Shown: piece by piece, positions 20,820 to 29,939 of the stretch
How the letters are laid out: each line of letters begins with the position of its first letter
How positions within the stretch are numbered: position 1 is the first letter of the stretch
Notes under the pieces: generated by a model
Told to the model about the DNA's origin: nothing
Databases searched by the model: none
The model's input: only the letters and a program-made list of their open reading frames with translations
Source of the DNA: an uncultured delta proteobacterium
GTDB taxonomy: Bacteria; Myxococcota_A; Polyangia; Polyangiales; B10-G4
Assembly: GCA_963727445.1 (NCBI GenBank)
Contig: CAVSGI010000010.1
Coordinates: 512,001-576,000, forward strand
Length of the DNA stretch: 64,000 nucleotides
Direction of reading: 5' to 3'
Program-made: the position numbers and the translations under genes

Positions 20820-22313
20820 ATGGCCAAGAAGGTTCCGTCTGCCCGTCCCTTTGCCCGTCCCAGTGAAGCGAGTGAGGCGCTGTGCGCCCACATTCGAAAG
20901 AACCGCTTCATCGGCGGCGACCTCGCCCACTACCTGAAGCGCGTCGCCCAGGCCTCCGCCTTCGCCGCGATGGTGAGCGCGTGCGGCATGAGTCACTCGG
21001 GCGGCCCCGACGCGGGCGGAGACTCGGGGTTGCCAGACACCGGTCGGGCCGACACCAGCTTCCCCGACGGCGACGTGCCCGACGGCATGCTCGTCGACAG
21101 CGGCCGGCCCGACACCATGCCGCCCCCACCGCCCGACACCGAGCTCTGCGGCGCCGATGGCGTCTACCGCATCGTCCACGGCCTGAACCCGACCGCCGAT
21201 CCCACCTGGCTCGGCGCCATGTGGGGAGGCGACTTCCGCGGGCCGGCCTACATCGACGACGAGATCGGGACCCGCTGTGGAGACGCGCGCGACGCTGCGA
21301 CGTGCACCGCCGAGGTCGACCGCGTCGTGATGGAGACCTATCAGCGTGGGTTGATCACGACCAACGGCGACGCCATCGACACGTACCTGACGTCCGAGGA
21401 CGTACAGGGTTTCCTCGGTGACATCGACAGCGCGAAAGAAGCGGCCTTGCTCGTCTGGCACGCCGGCTACGACATCCAATGCAGCGGCGATTTCCTCTCC
21501 TCGGTGACGCCGACTCCGGACGGCTATCGCGTCATCGCCTATCGTTCGTCGGGAGGGTGCGGCGCGCCCTGGGTCACCACACGCTACACGCTCCACGTCT
21601 CCGGCGGCACCATCACCGTCGAGGATCAGGCCGTCGTCGCCGAGACCGATGACTTCGGTTGCATCGGTCGCCGCCCCGTCGGCCTCGAAGCCGACGCGAG
21701 CCCCTCCTGTGACGCGGGCCCCGTCGGTGATTTCTTCGCCAACGTGGCCCGGCTCGAGGAGAGCGCGGTCTGGGCCTTCGACGTGATGATCGAAGAGCTC
21801 GAGCGTCTCGAGGCGCCGCCATCGCTTCTCGTCGCTGCGCGTGAAGCGCGCGCGGACGAGGTTCGCCACACGCGCTCGATGGGCGCGCTCGCCGCGCGTT
21901 TCGGCGCCGCTGCCCGCCGCCCGACCGTCGAAGCGGCGCCCGAGCGCAGCCTCTTCGAGATCGCGCTCGACAACGCGGTGGAAGGATGCGTGCGCGAGAC
22001 CTTCGGCGCGCTGGTCGGTGCGCACCAGGCGCTCAGCGCCCGCGATGCGGAGATCGGCGCCGTGATGCGCGAGGTGGCCGAGGACGAGATCCGCCACGCC
22101 GAGCTCTCCTGGGCGCTCGCGGGCTGGCTCGAGCCGCAGCTCACCGACGAGGAGCGGAGCCGGATCGAGGAGGCGAAGCGCGACGCGGTGATGATGTTGC
22201 GGGCGCAGGCGAGCGAAGAGGTCGCGCCCGAGCTCGTCGCCCTGGCGGGCCTGCCCGATGCCGAGACCGCGGTGCGCATGGTCGAGCAGCTCGCCCGCGA
22301 CGTCTGGGCCTAG
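20820..22313 (+). CDS. Myxobacterial-type protein with C-terminal ferritin-like (di-iron) domain
   Basis: LEESAVWAF, DEVRH, NAVEGCVRETFGA, DEIRH; lipobox-like VSACG. Confidence 0.75.
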   Translation: MAKKVPSARPFARPSEASEALCAHIRKNRFIGGDLAHYLKRVAQASAFAAMVSACGMSHSGGPDAGGDSGLPDTGRADTSFPDGDVPDGMLVDSGRPDTMPPPPPDTELCGADGVYRIVHGLNPTADPTWLGAMWGGDFRGPAYIDDEIGTRCGDARDAATCTAEVDRVVMETYQRGLITTNGDAIDTYLTSEDVQGFLGDIDSAKEAALLVWHAGYDIQCSGDFLSSVTPTPDGYRVIAYRSSGGCGAPWVTTRYTLHVSGGTITVEDQAVVAETDDFGCIGRRPVGLEADASPSCDAGPVGDFFANVARLEESAVWAFDVMIEELERLEAPPSLLVAAREARADEVRHTRSMGALAARFGAAARRPTVEAAPERSLFEIALDNAVEGCVRETFGALVGAHQALSARDAEIGAVMREVAEDEIRHAELSWALAGWLEPQLTDEERSRIEEAKRDAVMMLRAQASEEVAPELVALAGLPDAETAVRMVEQLARDVWA

Positions 22314-22364
22314 CCATAGCGAGCCCCTCCGCCCAGCCGCTTCGAGCGATTTGGGCGAAAGGGG

Positions 22365-23102
22365 ATGGTTTGCTATCTTGGTCTGGTGATCAGTCGTTCT
22401 GTCGTGCTCGCCCTCCTCGTCCTCTTGGCTGCGTGTGGAGGTGAGGAGGCGCCGACGTCCTTCACGCTGACCTTCGAGAACATCTCCTCGCCCGGTCAGC
22501 TGAGCACGAGCGACGGCGGCAGTGTCGACGTCGTCTTCGCGGCGGGGGTCTGGGCGGAGCTCGACCCGGGCGTGCTCTTCACCACCGGCGATGCGGCCTC
22601 GACGGAGCTCGAAGAGATCGCCGAGGATGGCGAGAACCTCCCCCTGCTGGTCGAGGTCGAGGATTGGCCGAACCAGGTCACGTCCGGGACGCTCGCCGAC
22701 GTCGATGTCTCGACCTACACGGAGAGCCCGCTCGCGCCGGGTGTGACAGTCGAAGTCCAGATCGACGCCGTCCCCGGTGACGACGTCTCTTTCGTCTCCA
22801 TGTTCATCCAGTCGAACGATGCCTTCGTCGGGCCGAGAGGCGGCTCGCTCCAGCTCTTCGACGACATGGGCCAGCCGCTCACCGGCGACCGCACCGCCGA
22901 CCTGGCGCTCTTCGACGCCGGCACCGAGATGAACGAGGAGCCAGGGCTCGGACCGAACCAGCCGCTCCGCCAGGCCGCGCACGGCGACGGGATGGTGGAG
23001 GGCGGCGTGGTCACCATCATCGATGGGATGGACGCCGCCGGCTACACCTACCCGGCCATCGCGGACGTGTTCCGCCTGAGTGTCAGCGTCGCGGGCGAAT
23101 AG
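22365..23102 (+). CDS. Spondin_N-domain lipoprotein
   Basis: LAACG; LEEIAEDG, SMFIQSNDAF, DAGTEMNEEPG. Confidence 0.8.
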   Translation: MVCYLGLVISRSVVLALLVLLAACGGEEAPTSFTLTFENISSPGQLSTSDGGSVDVVFAAGVWAELDPGVLFTTGDAASTELEEIAEDGENLPLLVEVEDWPNQVTSGTLADVDVSTYTESPLAPGVTVEVQIDAVPGDDVSFVSMFIQSNDAFVGPRGGSLQLFDDMGQPLTGDRTADLALFDAGTEMNEEPGLGPNQPLRQAAHGDGMVEGGVVTIIDGMDAAGYTYPAIADVFRLSVSVAGE

Positions 23103-23123
23103 CAGCCGCGGCGCAGAGGACGC

Positions 23124-25394
23124 TCACATGCAGGTCGGGTTCGCCGCGCCGGGCGAGCCCAGATCGCCGTCGTAGTCCATCGTCGCCCAGCACCAGTTGA
23201 CGCCGTCGTCGTTGGCGGTGTGCGTGAGGGCGCTCGGATCGAGCGAGAGCGACGCGCCGAAAGCGCGCGGGAAGCTGGTGTAGTCGACCACGTCGATGGT
23301 GGTGCCGCCGCAGCTGATGGTCAGGATGTCGCCCGCGTTGTCGAGCGCGTTCGAGATCGTGCCGTCGGGGGTGAAGCCGGGGCTGGCGCTCGCGGCGAAG
23401 GTCACGTAGCCGCCCGCCGCCACGCTCACCCCGTCGAGGGGGCTCGAGCCGCTGTCGTCGGTCAGGGTGCAACCGGTCAGATCGAGGGCGCGCGTCGTCG
23501 GGTTGTAGATCTCGATCCACTCGCCCACGCTGTCGTCGAGCGCCTCGGGGTTGGCCATGATCTCGCTGAGGATCACGTCCCCCGCCGCCGCGGGGGTGGT
23601 CGAGACGGGGGCATCGAAGTTGTTCCGGAGGAAGCGGATCACGTTGGCGAGGGTCTGGTCGTCGAAGGTCTCGCCCCAGGCCGGCATGGGCGAGCGCCCA
23701 CCGATCACCGTGATGGCGATGCTGAGGTCGTCACGCATGGGGACGCGCTCGTAGAGATTGGGCGCGATGGCGCTGCCTCGGCCTTCCACGCCGTGGCAGC
23801 GGGTGCAGTTGTCGGCGAAGATGGCCGCGCCCGCCGTCGGATCGCCCGTCAGGCCGAGCACGCGCCGCGCGCGCGCGGGGACTCCATCACGGTCGACGAA
23901 GTCGAAGTGGTCGACCTCGCTGCGGATGACCTGGGACAAATCGTCGACGCGGTTGAAGGCCCAGGAGTAGTCCGAGGGAAATACCTGGCGGATCTGACGG
24001 CGTCCGGTGTCCGGGAACTGAGCCTCGTCGCCGATCACGGCCTCGAGGTCGAAGGGATCGAGCGCTCCGTCGCCGTCGAGATCCTTGAACACCTCGGAGC
24101 CGGCGTGCTGATGGCAGCCGATGCAGTTGCTTCGCGCGTTGCCGCGGCCGTGCTCGATGTAGGGGTTCGAGCACCAGCTCGGACCTCCGGCTGCCGCACG
24201 AAGCGCCGCCGCCAGCGTCGGCTGGCCCTCGAAGGCCTGACCCGGGTCGGTGTCGCCCTCCTCGTAGTCGGCGACGATGCACATCTTGTAGTTCGAGAAG
24301 ACCGGATCGAGGCGCTCGCGGATGAAGTCGGGGCGGTCGGCGCCGTAGTCGGTGTCGGGTTGGTCACTCCACCACATCGTCACCCACGTCCAGTGACGGA
24401 GCTCCTTGGTCATGATGTGCACACCGGCGAGGCGGAAGGTGTTCCCGTTGCGCAGGCGAATCGTGTAGATGTCCTCCGGCGGCGGGTCGCTCATGCGCTC
24501 GCCCATGCCCCAGTCGGCGGCGTTCTCCGGGCTCAGGTGGCGGGCGATGGTGTCCGCGCCGGTGTCGAAGGTCGGCACCTGCATGCCGAAGTCCGCGCGG
24601 ACCCACTGCGCCTTGATCAGCGCCGCATCCGCCGGGAACTCCTGCTCGAAGCAGAAGGTGAAGTTGTCGGGCGAGGGCTCCGCGTCGAGGCTCAGCGTCT
24701 CGAGCTGGTCCATGCACTCGAGGATGCGCGGATAGCTCCGGAGCAGGTGCATGATGGTCGCCGGGCTGTACGTGATGCGCACGTTGCCGAAGCTCGCGCC
24801 GCTGAAGTTGGACTGGAGCATGCGCGCGCAGGCGTCGCCCTCGACGCCCTCGGGGCAGACGCCCAGGCGGTTCACGTAGTCGATGAAGCGCTCGAGGGGC
24901 CAACGGCTCGAGCGCTCGATGGCGGCGGCGTTCCACTCGAAGATCTCGGCGAGGGCCGCGTCGTCGAAGGGCGCGCGGGCGGCGCGTCCCTCCTCGCCGA
25001 GGCTCTCGTAGAGGTACTGGAACATGCGCTTGAAGTCGTCGACGCCGTACCAGGTCTGGAAGCGCGGCACCTGCGGCACCTCGCCATCGGGCAGGGTCAC
25101 GGTCTCGCCCTCCAGCCCCGCGAGGCCGAGGAGCGGGACCGGGTCGAGGCTGCGTCCGACGATCTCCCAGGCGATCTGGCGCCGGAACGCCATCTCGCTC
25201 TGGATCCGCGCCTCCTGATCGCGCATGCCGAAGTCGGCCTCGTAGGGCGCAGCGACGCCGGCGAGGGCGCGTCCGAAGACGTCCTCCTTGCCGCCTTCCC
25301 CCACGGGGAAGTCGTGCGGCGACGACGGCCCCGCCGAGGAGCCGCCGTCAGTGCACGCGATCAGCGTGACCAGGAGTAGTGCCGGTAGGCGCAT
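23124..25394 (-). CDS. Di-heme c-type cytochrome lipoprotein with C-terminal lamin-tail domain
   Basis: LIAC lipobox; CIGCH and CTRCH; MPAW axial Met region; ILSEIMANP...EWIEIYN...GSPGAAN lamin-tail motif. Confidence 0.75.
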   Translation of the reverse strand: MRLPALLLVTLIACTDGGSSAGPSSPHDFPVGEGGKEDVFGRALAGVAAPYEADFGMRDQEARIQSEMAFRRQIAWEIVGRSLDPVPLLGLAGLEGETVTLPDGEVPQVPRFQTWYGVDDFKRMFQYLYESLGEEGRAARAPFDDAALAEIFEWNAAAIERSSRWPLERFIDYVNRLGVCPEGVEGDACARMLQSNFSGASFGNVRITYSPATIMHLLRSYPRILECMDQLETLSLDAEPSPDNFTFCFEQEFPADAALIKAQWVRADFGMQVPTFDTGADTIARHLSPENAADWGMGERMSDPPPEDIYTIRLRNGNTFRLAGVHIMTKELRHWTWVTMWWSDQPDTDYGADRPDFIRERLDPVFSNYKMCIVADYEEGDTDPGQAFEGQPTLAAALRAAAGGPSWCSNPYIEHGRGNARSNCIGCHQHAGSEVFKDLDGDGALDPFDLEAVIGDEAQFPDTGRRQIRQVFPSDYSWAFNRVDDLSQVIRSEVDHFDFVDRDGVPARARRVLGLTGDPTAGAAIFADNCTRCHGVEGRGSAIAPNLYERVPMRDDLSIAITVIGGRSPMPAWGETFDDQTLANVIRFLRNNFDAPVSTTPAAAGDVILSEIMANPEALDDSVGEWIEIYNPTTRALDLTGCTLTDDSGSSPLDGVSVAAGGYVTFAASASPGFTPDGTISNALDNAGDILTISCGGTTIDVVDYTSFPRAFGASLSLDPSALTHTANDDGVNWCWATMDYDGDLGSPGAANPTCM

Positions 25395-25404
25395 ACTCTC
25401 GGTC

Positions 25405-28400
25405 TCAGGGGGTCGGCGTCTCGGTGCGCATCACGATCGCCGCGTCGGACGCCATGATGTGCTCGGTGTCGCCGTCGTGGACGAGGAAGTAGAACCAGCC
25501 GTCCGAGCGGAAGTGCGGGTAGAGCGCCTTGTTGCCGCCCATGTTGGTGATCTGCCGCACCTCGCCGGTGAGCATGTCCGTGAGGTAGATGTTGGCGCCG
25601 CCGTCCTCGTAGTGGTGGGTCACGAAGAAGCGCTCGTCGAAGCTGATGTTCGGCTTGGCGCCCGGGATGCAGACGCGGGCCAGCTGGGTGTTGATGTTGA
25701 CGTTGTAGTTGTCGCCGGTGCGGCTGGTGTCGACGCGGCGGATGCTGTAGCCGAGGCTCGCACCCTCCGGGCCGCTGATGCGGCTGACGACCAGCTGGGT
25801 CGACGGCGAGAGCACCGAGTCACCCTCGTAGGGGGAGTCCACGATGACCGCCGGCAGCTGCTGGTAGGTCGAGCCGGTGAAGACCATCGGGCTGAACTTC
25901 ATCGTCGAGCTCGCGTCGAAGTTGGCGCTCGGGTCGTTGTTGCTGCTGCCCGAGTCCGAGGTGAACTGGCTGTTGATGATGAAGTAGTCACCACCCGACA
26001 GGCCACGTGCGACGTGCTGGTAGAGGTTGATGTCCCGGGCCGTCATGCACTCGGGCTCCGAGAAGTCGATGTTGGTGTCGGTCTCGAGGATCGACTGCTG
26101 GCAGATGTGTGCGCCGCTGCCCTGGAAGACCCAGCCCGTGTTGTCCGGGAAGAAGCCCGGGTCGTAGCTGGCGTGGACACCGATGTCGATGCCGCGCTGC
26201 AGGTCGGTGATGGTGGCGCCGGAGTTGCCGCCGCCGTTGCCCACGAAGCGCCCGTCAGCCGAGGAGCGGGTCCAGAAGCTGGTGCGGAAGCCGAGGGTCG
26301 TCAGCAGCCGGAGGCTGCCGGTACCGTTGCCCCAGGTGCTCGCGCGGTCCTCGTTGGTGGCGAAGCACTCGGCGGGGTCGGCGCTCGCGCAGCCGAACAT
26401 CCGGATGCCGCTGTCGCGGTTGGTGGCGTCCCAGCCGTCGAACTTCATGGTGCTGATGTGGGTCGCCAGCTCCGGCGCGATCATGTTCTCGCAGGAGTCG
26501 GGCGGGGGCGGGCTCTGAATGACGGTGTCGAGGTCGTTCAGGCCAGCCTGGAACCACTTCACGATGGTGGCGTACTCGATCTGGTTGAGCCGCGGGTGGC
26601 TGCCCTTCGGCATCTGCACGCGAGCGCGGAAGCGGAGGTACTCCGGCAGCCACGAGTCGCCGAAGGCCTGGCGGAAGAGCTCGCGGAAGTAGCCGTACTG
26701 CACGCCCGTGGTGTTGATGCCGAGCTTCTCGGCAGCGAAGACGCTGTTCGGGTCGGAGGAATCGACGCGCATGCAGTCGACGGTGCGCATCGCCTCTTCC
26801 TGGGTCAGGGTCTGAGGGTCGCGGTCGAGGCCGCAGACGTTCCAGGCCTGGTTGGTGAGCTCGAGCCAATGACGAAGACCAGCGCGGCCGACCGCGTGGC
26901 ACTCCGCGCAGCGGCGGGTCTGGCAGGAGCCGCCCTCACCGGTGCAGTTCTCGTCGCTGGGGTCGACGACGTTGGCCCCGAAGACCTTCGCGCCGGCCAT
27001 GGCCAGGTCCACACCCTCGAGGTCGATGGTCGGGGGCTCGCCCACGTCGACCAGCTGCGCCTGGGGCAGCTCGCCGAACTCGCAGCCCGCGGTGCTCGGG
27101 TTACGCGCACACTCGCGGATGTGGTCGAGGGAGCGGCCGTACTCGGACTGAGCGTAGTTGTCGGCCGAGAGGCCCTCGAGGTCCGGCGGCATCCAGTAGG
27201 CGTGCTCGAACTCGTGGTAGGCCTCGGTGGTGATGCTCACCCAGCTCGAGTCGCGGCCGTCGATGCGGTCGAGCCACGAGTTGGTCCAGCGGTCGTCGCT
27301 GATCCGGTGACACTTGCGGCAGGCCGCAGCGCCCTGGCTCTCGATGGTGCGGGGCATCGTCCAGCCCTGACCCTGCGCGTTCACGAGGGAGTAGGGGGCG
27401 TCGAGGAAGCCCAGGGCGAAGTCGTCGTCGATGCCCATCTTCGGAACGACGGGGTCGCCGTTCGCGTCGAGGGCGCCGTCGATCCACGGCGAGTGGATGA
27501 ACGCATCGTAGCTGTGGCACTCGGCGCACTCGATGCCGCTGCCGATGCCGCCCTCGATGCCGCGCCAGAGGCTGGCGAACTCCTGGGGCGACTCCTCGGA
27601 CTCGACGTGGTCCGCGGGGTGCGGGACGTGGGTGCCGTCGGTCTGGCTGTAGAGGGCGTTCTGGAAGAAGCAGGTGCGGCCCGTGTAGGGGTTCGAGCCG
27701 ATCATCGCGATGTCGTTGTACTCGCCCTCTTCACTCTTCGCCTTGCGGCAGAGGAGCACCCAGTGGGTGCCCTGCTCGTTGCTGCCGCTGGTGACCCGGG
27801 GCCCGTTGGTGCGACCGCTGACGGCGTTGGGCTCACAGAGCGAGTAGATGTACTGCGGCTGGTCGCAGACGCTCTGCTGTTCCTCGGGGAAGGTGACCTC
27901 GTCCGCCATGGTGACGGTGGTGGGGATGGGCGTGGAGTCGAGGCAGTTGTAGGTCGTGTAGTCCCCGTCGGCGATCTTCTCGAAGAAGGGGATCTCGCCG
28001 AGCTCGGCGATGCAGGCCTCCGCGTACGCGGAACCGGAGACGATGCGCTCCTCGTCCTCGCCGTCGAACTTGCCGTTCGAGCCGAGCTCGTCGAGGGCCT
28101 CGCGGATGTCCATCGAGTCCTGCAGGACCACCTCGGCGCCGTTCATCAGGCAGACGTCGACGATCCAGTTCGACGCCATGGCCGCCGCGATCATCTCCGG
28201 CGTGGGCTCGGTGCCGTCCAGCCACGAGTTGTCATAGGGGTTGTCGAAGACGGTGGGGTCGACCACCGGCCCCGCGAAGGTCGGGCCGAGATCGAAGGGC
28301 CAGGAGATCTCGTTCCCGTCGATCCGCTCGATGCTTCCCGAATCCGCTGCGCAGTTCAGCTCCCCGATCTCGCCCTGACGGACGCGCAGGTGCAGCGTCT

Positions 28401-28560
28401 CGCCACTGACCAGGTCTCTGGTCACCGACGCGTTCAGACGAGTGGCGGCCTCGTCGTAGCTCAGCTGCACTCGGAGGCGGCCCCCGTCGCTTCCACACCC
28501 ACCCAAGAGCAGGAAAATCAACGGGCTGATGGCCAACGCGGCCTTTGCGAAACGGTTCAT
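25405..28560 (-). CDS. 1051-aa multiheme c-type cytochrome-like lipoprotein with possible C-terminal beta-propeller
   Basis: LGGC lipobox; CAECH, CRKCH, CAECH; SADGRFV, LSPSTQ, SFDERF, RSDGWFYF TolB-like repeats. Confidence 0.7.
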   Translation of the reverse strand: MNRFAKAALAISPLIFLLLGGCGSDGGRLRVQLSYDEAATRLNASVTRDLVSGETLHLRVRQGEIGELNCAADSGSIERIDGNEISWPFDLGPTFAGPVVDPTVFDNPYDNSWLDGTEPTPEMIAAAMASNWIVDVCLMNGAEVVLQDSMDIREALDELGSNGKFDGEDEERIVSGSAYAEACIAELGEIPFFEKIADGDYTTYNCLDSTPIPTTVTMADEVTFPEEQQSVCDQPQYIYSLCEPNAVSGRTNGPRVTSGSNEQGTHWVLLCRKAKSEEGEYNDIAMIGSNPYTGRTCFFQNALYSQTDGTHVPHPADHVESEESPQEFASLWRGIEGGIGSGIECAECHSYDAFIHSPWIDGALDANGDPVVPKMGIDDDFALGFLDAPYSLVNAQGQGWTMPRTIESQGAAACRKCHRISDDRWTNSWLDRIDGRDSSWVSITTEAYHEFEHAYWMPPDLEGLSADNYAQSEYGRSLDHIRECARNPSTAGCEFGELPQAQLVDVGEPPTIDLEGVDLAMAGAKVFGANVVDPSDENCTGEGGSCQTRRCAECHAVGRAGLRHWLELTNQAWNVCGLDRDPQTLTQEEAMRTVDCMRVDSSDPNSVFAAEKLGINTTGVQYGYFRELFRQAFGDSWLPEYLRFRARVQMPKGSHPRLNQIEYATIVKWFQAGLNDLDTVIQSPPPPDSCENMIAPELATHISTMKFDGWDATNRDSGIRMFGCASADPAECFATNEDRASTWGNGTGSLRLLTTLGFRTSFWTRSSADGRFVGNGGGNSGATITDLQRGIDIGVHASYDPGFFPDNTGWVFQGSGAHICQQSILETDTNIDFSEPECMTARDINLYQHVARGLSGGDYFIINSQFTSDSGSSNNDPSANFDASSTMKFSPMVFTGSTYQQLPAVIVDSPYEGDSVLSPSTQLVVSRISGPEGASLGYSIRRVDTSRTGDNYNVNINTQLARVCIPGAKPNISFDERFFVTHHYEDGGANIYLTDMLTGEVRQITNMGGNKALYPHFRSDGWFYFLVHDGDTEHIMASDAAIVMRTETPTP

Positions 28561-28607
28561 CTCGGCTCCCTCAAACGAAATCTAACTGCCTGACTGCTCA
28601 CTACGGA

Positions 28608-28622
28608 GCACGATGCATGCCA
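28608..28622 (-). promoter_or_regulatory. Putative sigma54 promoter of the cytochrome operon
   Basis: Minus strand TGGCATGCATCGTGC = GG-N10-GC; GAGGGAG RBS before ATG 28560. Confidence 0.6.
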
Positions 28623-28955
28623 CTAGATCCGACTGGATCTTTCGGCCTGCATCACCTCCCGATGCATCTCCGCACTGCTCTCGACACCCTTGGTCGGAGG
28701 CGCCAGCCACTCACCGGCGAGGGTACAGAACGCCCCCCAGAGATGCCACCGATCGACGGGATCGAGCACGAAACCTTCGTCGTTTTGTAGGACAAGAGCG
28801 CACAAGGTGAGGTGGGCGATCCTGTCGCGTTCGCGCAAGCGTCGCATTGTGCAAATCTCGTGCAATTCGCAGGCGGTGTGGGGTCATCGGTACCCCCTGT
28901 GAGATGTCTCTGTGGCTTCTCCGCCTGCCAGCGGATCTGCACCAGCCACCACACC

Positions 28956-29897
28956 TCAGACACAGAGGTTGTAGTCGATGCTGCCCACCGCGATGGGGTC
29001 GGTGAGGCCGGTGCAGGTGGTGCCCGTCGGGCAATCACCCGCGAAGCCTTCCCGGCACCACTTGTTGCAGACGGCTCCGCCGCAGATGTAGCCCGGGGCG
29101 CACTGGTCGTGGTCCGTGCAGGCCGTTCCCTGGATCCCGGTGCCGGCCGGCCCCCAGCAGGAGGTGAAGCCGCGCCTGAGACCGCTGTCCTCTTGATAGA
29201 CCCGACACATCGCCCCGCTGGGGCAGCCGGTCTGGGCGATGGGATCGCAGGTGCCGGTACAGAGCGTCGTGATGCCGTCTTCGAAGCCGAGGACGCAGAG
29301 GTTGGTGGTGCCGGCGCAGTCGGCGTCGGTCTCACAGGTCTTGAGGCAGGCGGCGACCCCGACGCCGGCGCAGACCAGGCTGGGCGCGCAATCGTTGAGG
29401 GCGCTGCAGGCGGAGCCCTCGACCGCGGTGCCCGCCGCCATGCAGGCGCGGCTGGTGCCACCGTTCGGGTAGCAGGCCTGCCCGGCGCTACATCCGCACT
29501 GCGGGGCGAGGAGACGGCAGGGGCTCTCGTCACACGCCATCCCCGTGCAGCCCACCCCGAGCTCACAGCTCATTCCCATTTCGCAGAGTCCGTCGTTGGG
29601 GACGTTGCGACAGGTGCCCGCCTCACAGAGGTCGTCGGTGCAGCCGATGCCGTCGTTGCAGTCCGCGGGCCCGGCGCAGCCGGTAGGAACCGAGGTGTCC
29701 GGCGGCGGCGTGCTCGTATCCGGCGTGCTCGTATCCGGCGCAGTGCCATCCGGAACGCTCGCGTCTTCCATGCTCCCGTCCTCCATCGGGGACACGCCCG
29801 TGTCCGGCAGAGGATTCCGACCGCCGCGCGAGCGGTTGTTACAGGCGACGAGAAGCAACGCAGCACAAGCCACGACGAAGAGGGTTCGGTACGACAT
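28956..29897 (-). CDS. Cys-rich lipoprotein
   Basis: LVAC lipobox; PDTST linker; CNDGIGCTDDLC, CDPIAQTGC repeats. Confidence 0.75.
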   Translation of the reverse strand: MSYRTLFVVACAALLLVACNNRSRGGRNPLPDTGVSPMEDGSMEDASVPDGTAPDTSTPDTSTPPPDTSVPTGCAGPADCNDGIGCTDDLCEAGTCRNVPNDGLCEMGMSCELGVGCTGMACDESPCRLLAPQCGCSAGQACYPNGGTSRACMAAGTAVEGSACSALNDCAPSLVCAGVGVAACLKTCETDADCAGTTNLCVLGFEDGITTLCTGTCDPIAQTGCPSGAMCRVYQEDSGLRRGFTSCWGPAGTGIQGTACTDHDQCAPGYICGGAVCNKWCREGFAGDCPTGTTCTGLTDPIAVGSIDYNLCV

Positions 29898-29939
29898 GTC
29901 GCCTGGTACGTGGCGGAGGGCGGAATCCTCCCTCGGCGC

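Noticed and set aside
25288..28593. 1101-aa plus-strand ORF
   Set aside because: Antisense shadow of the multiheme lipoprotein; no motifs
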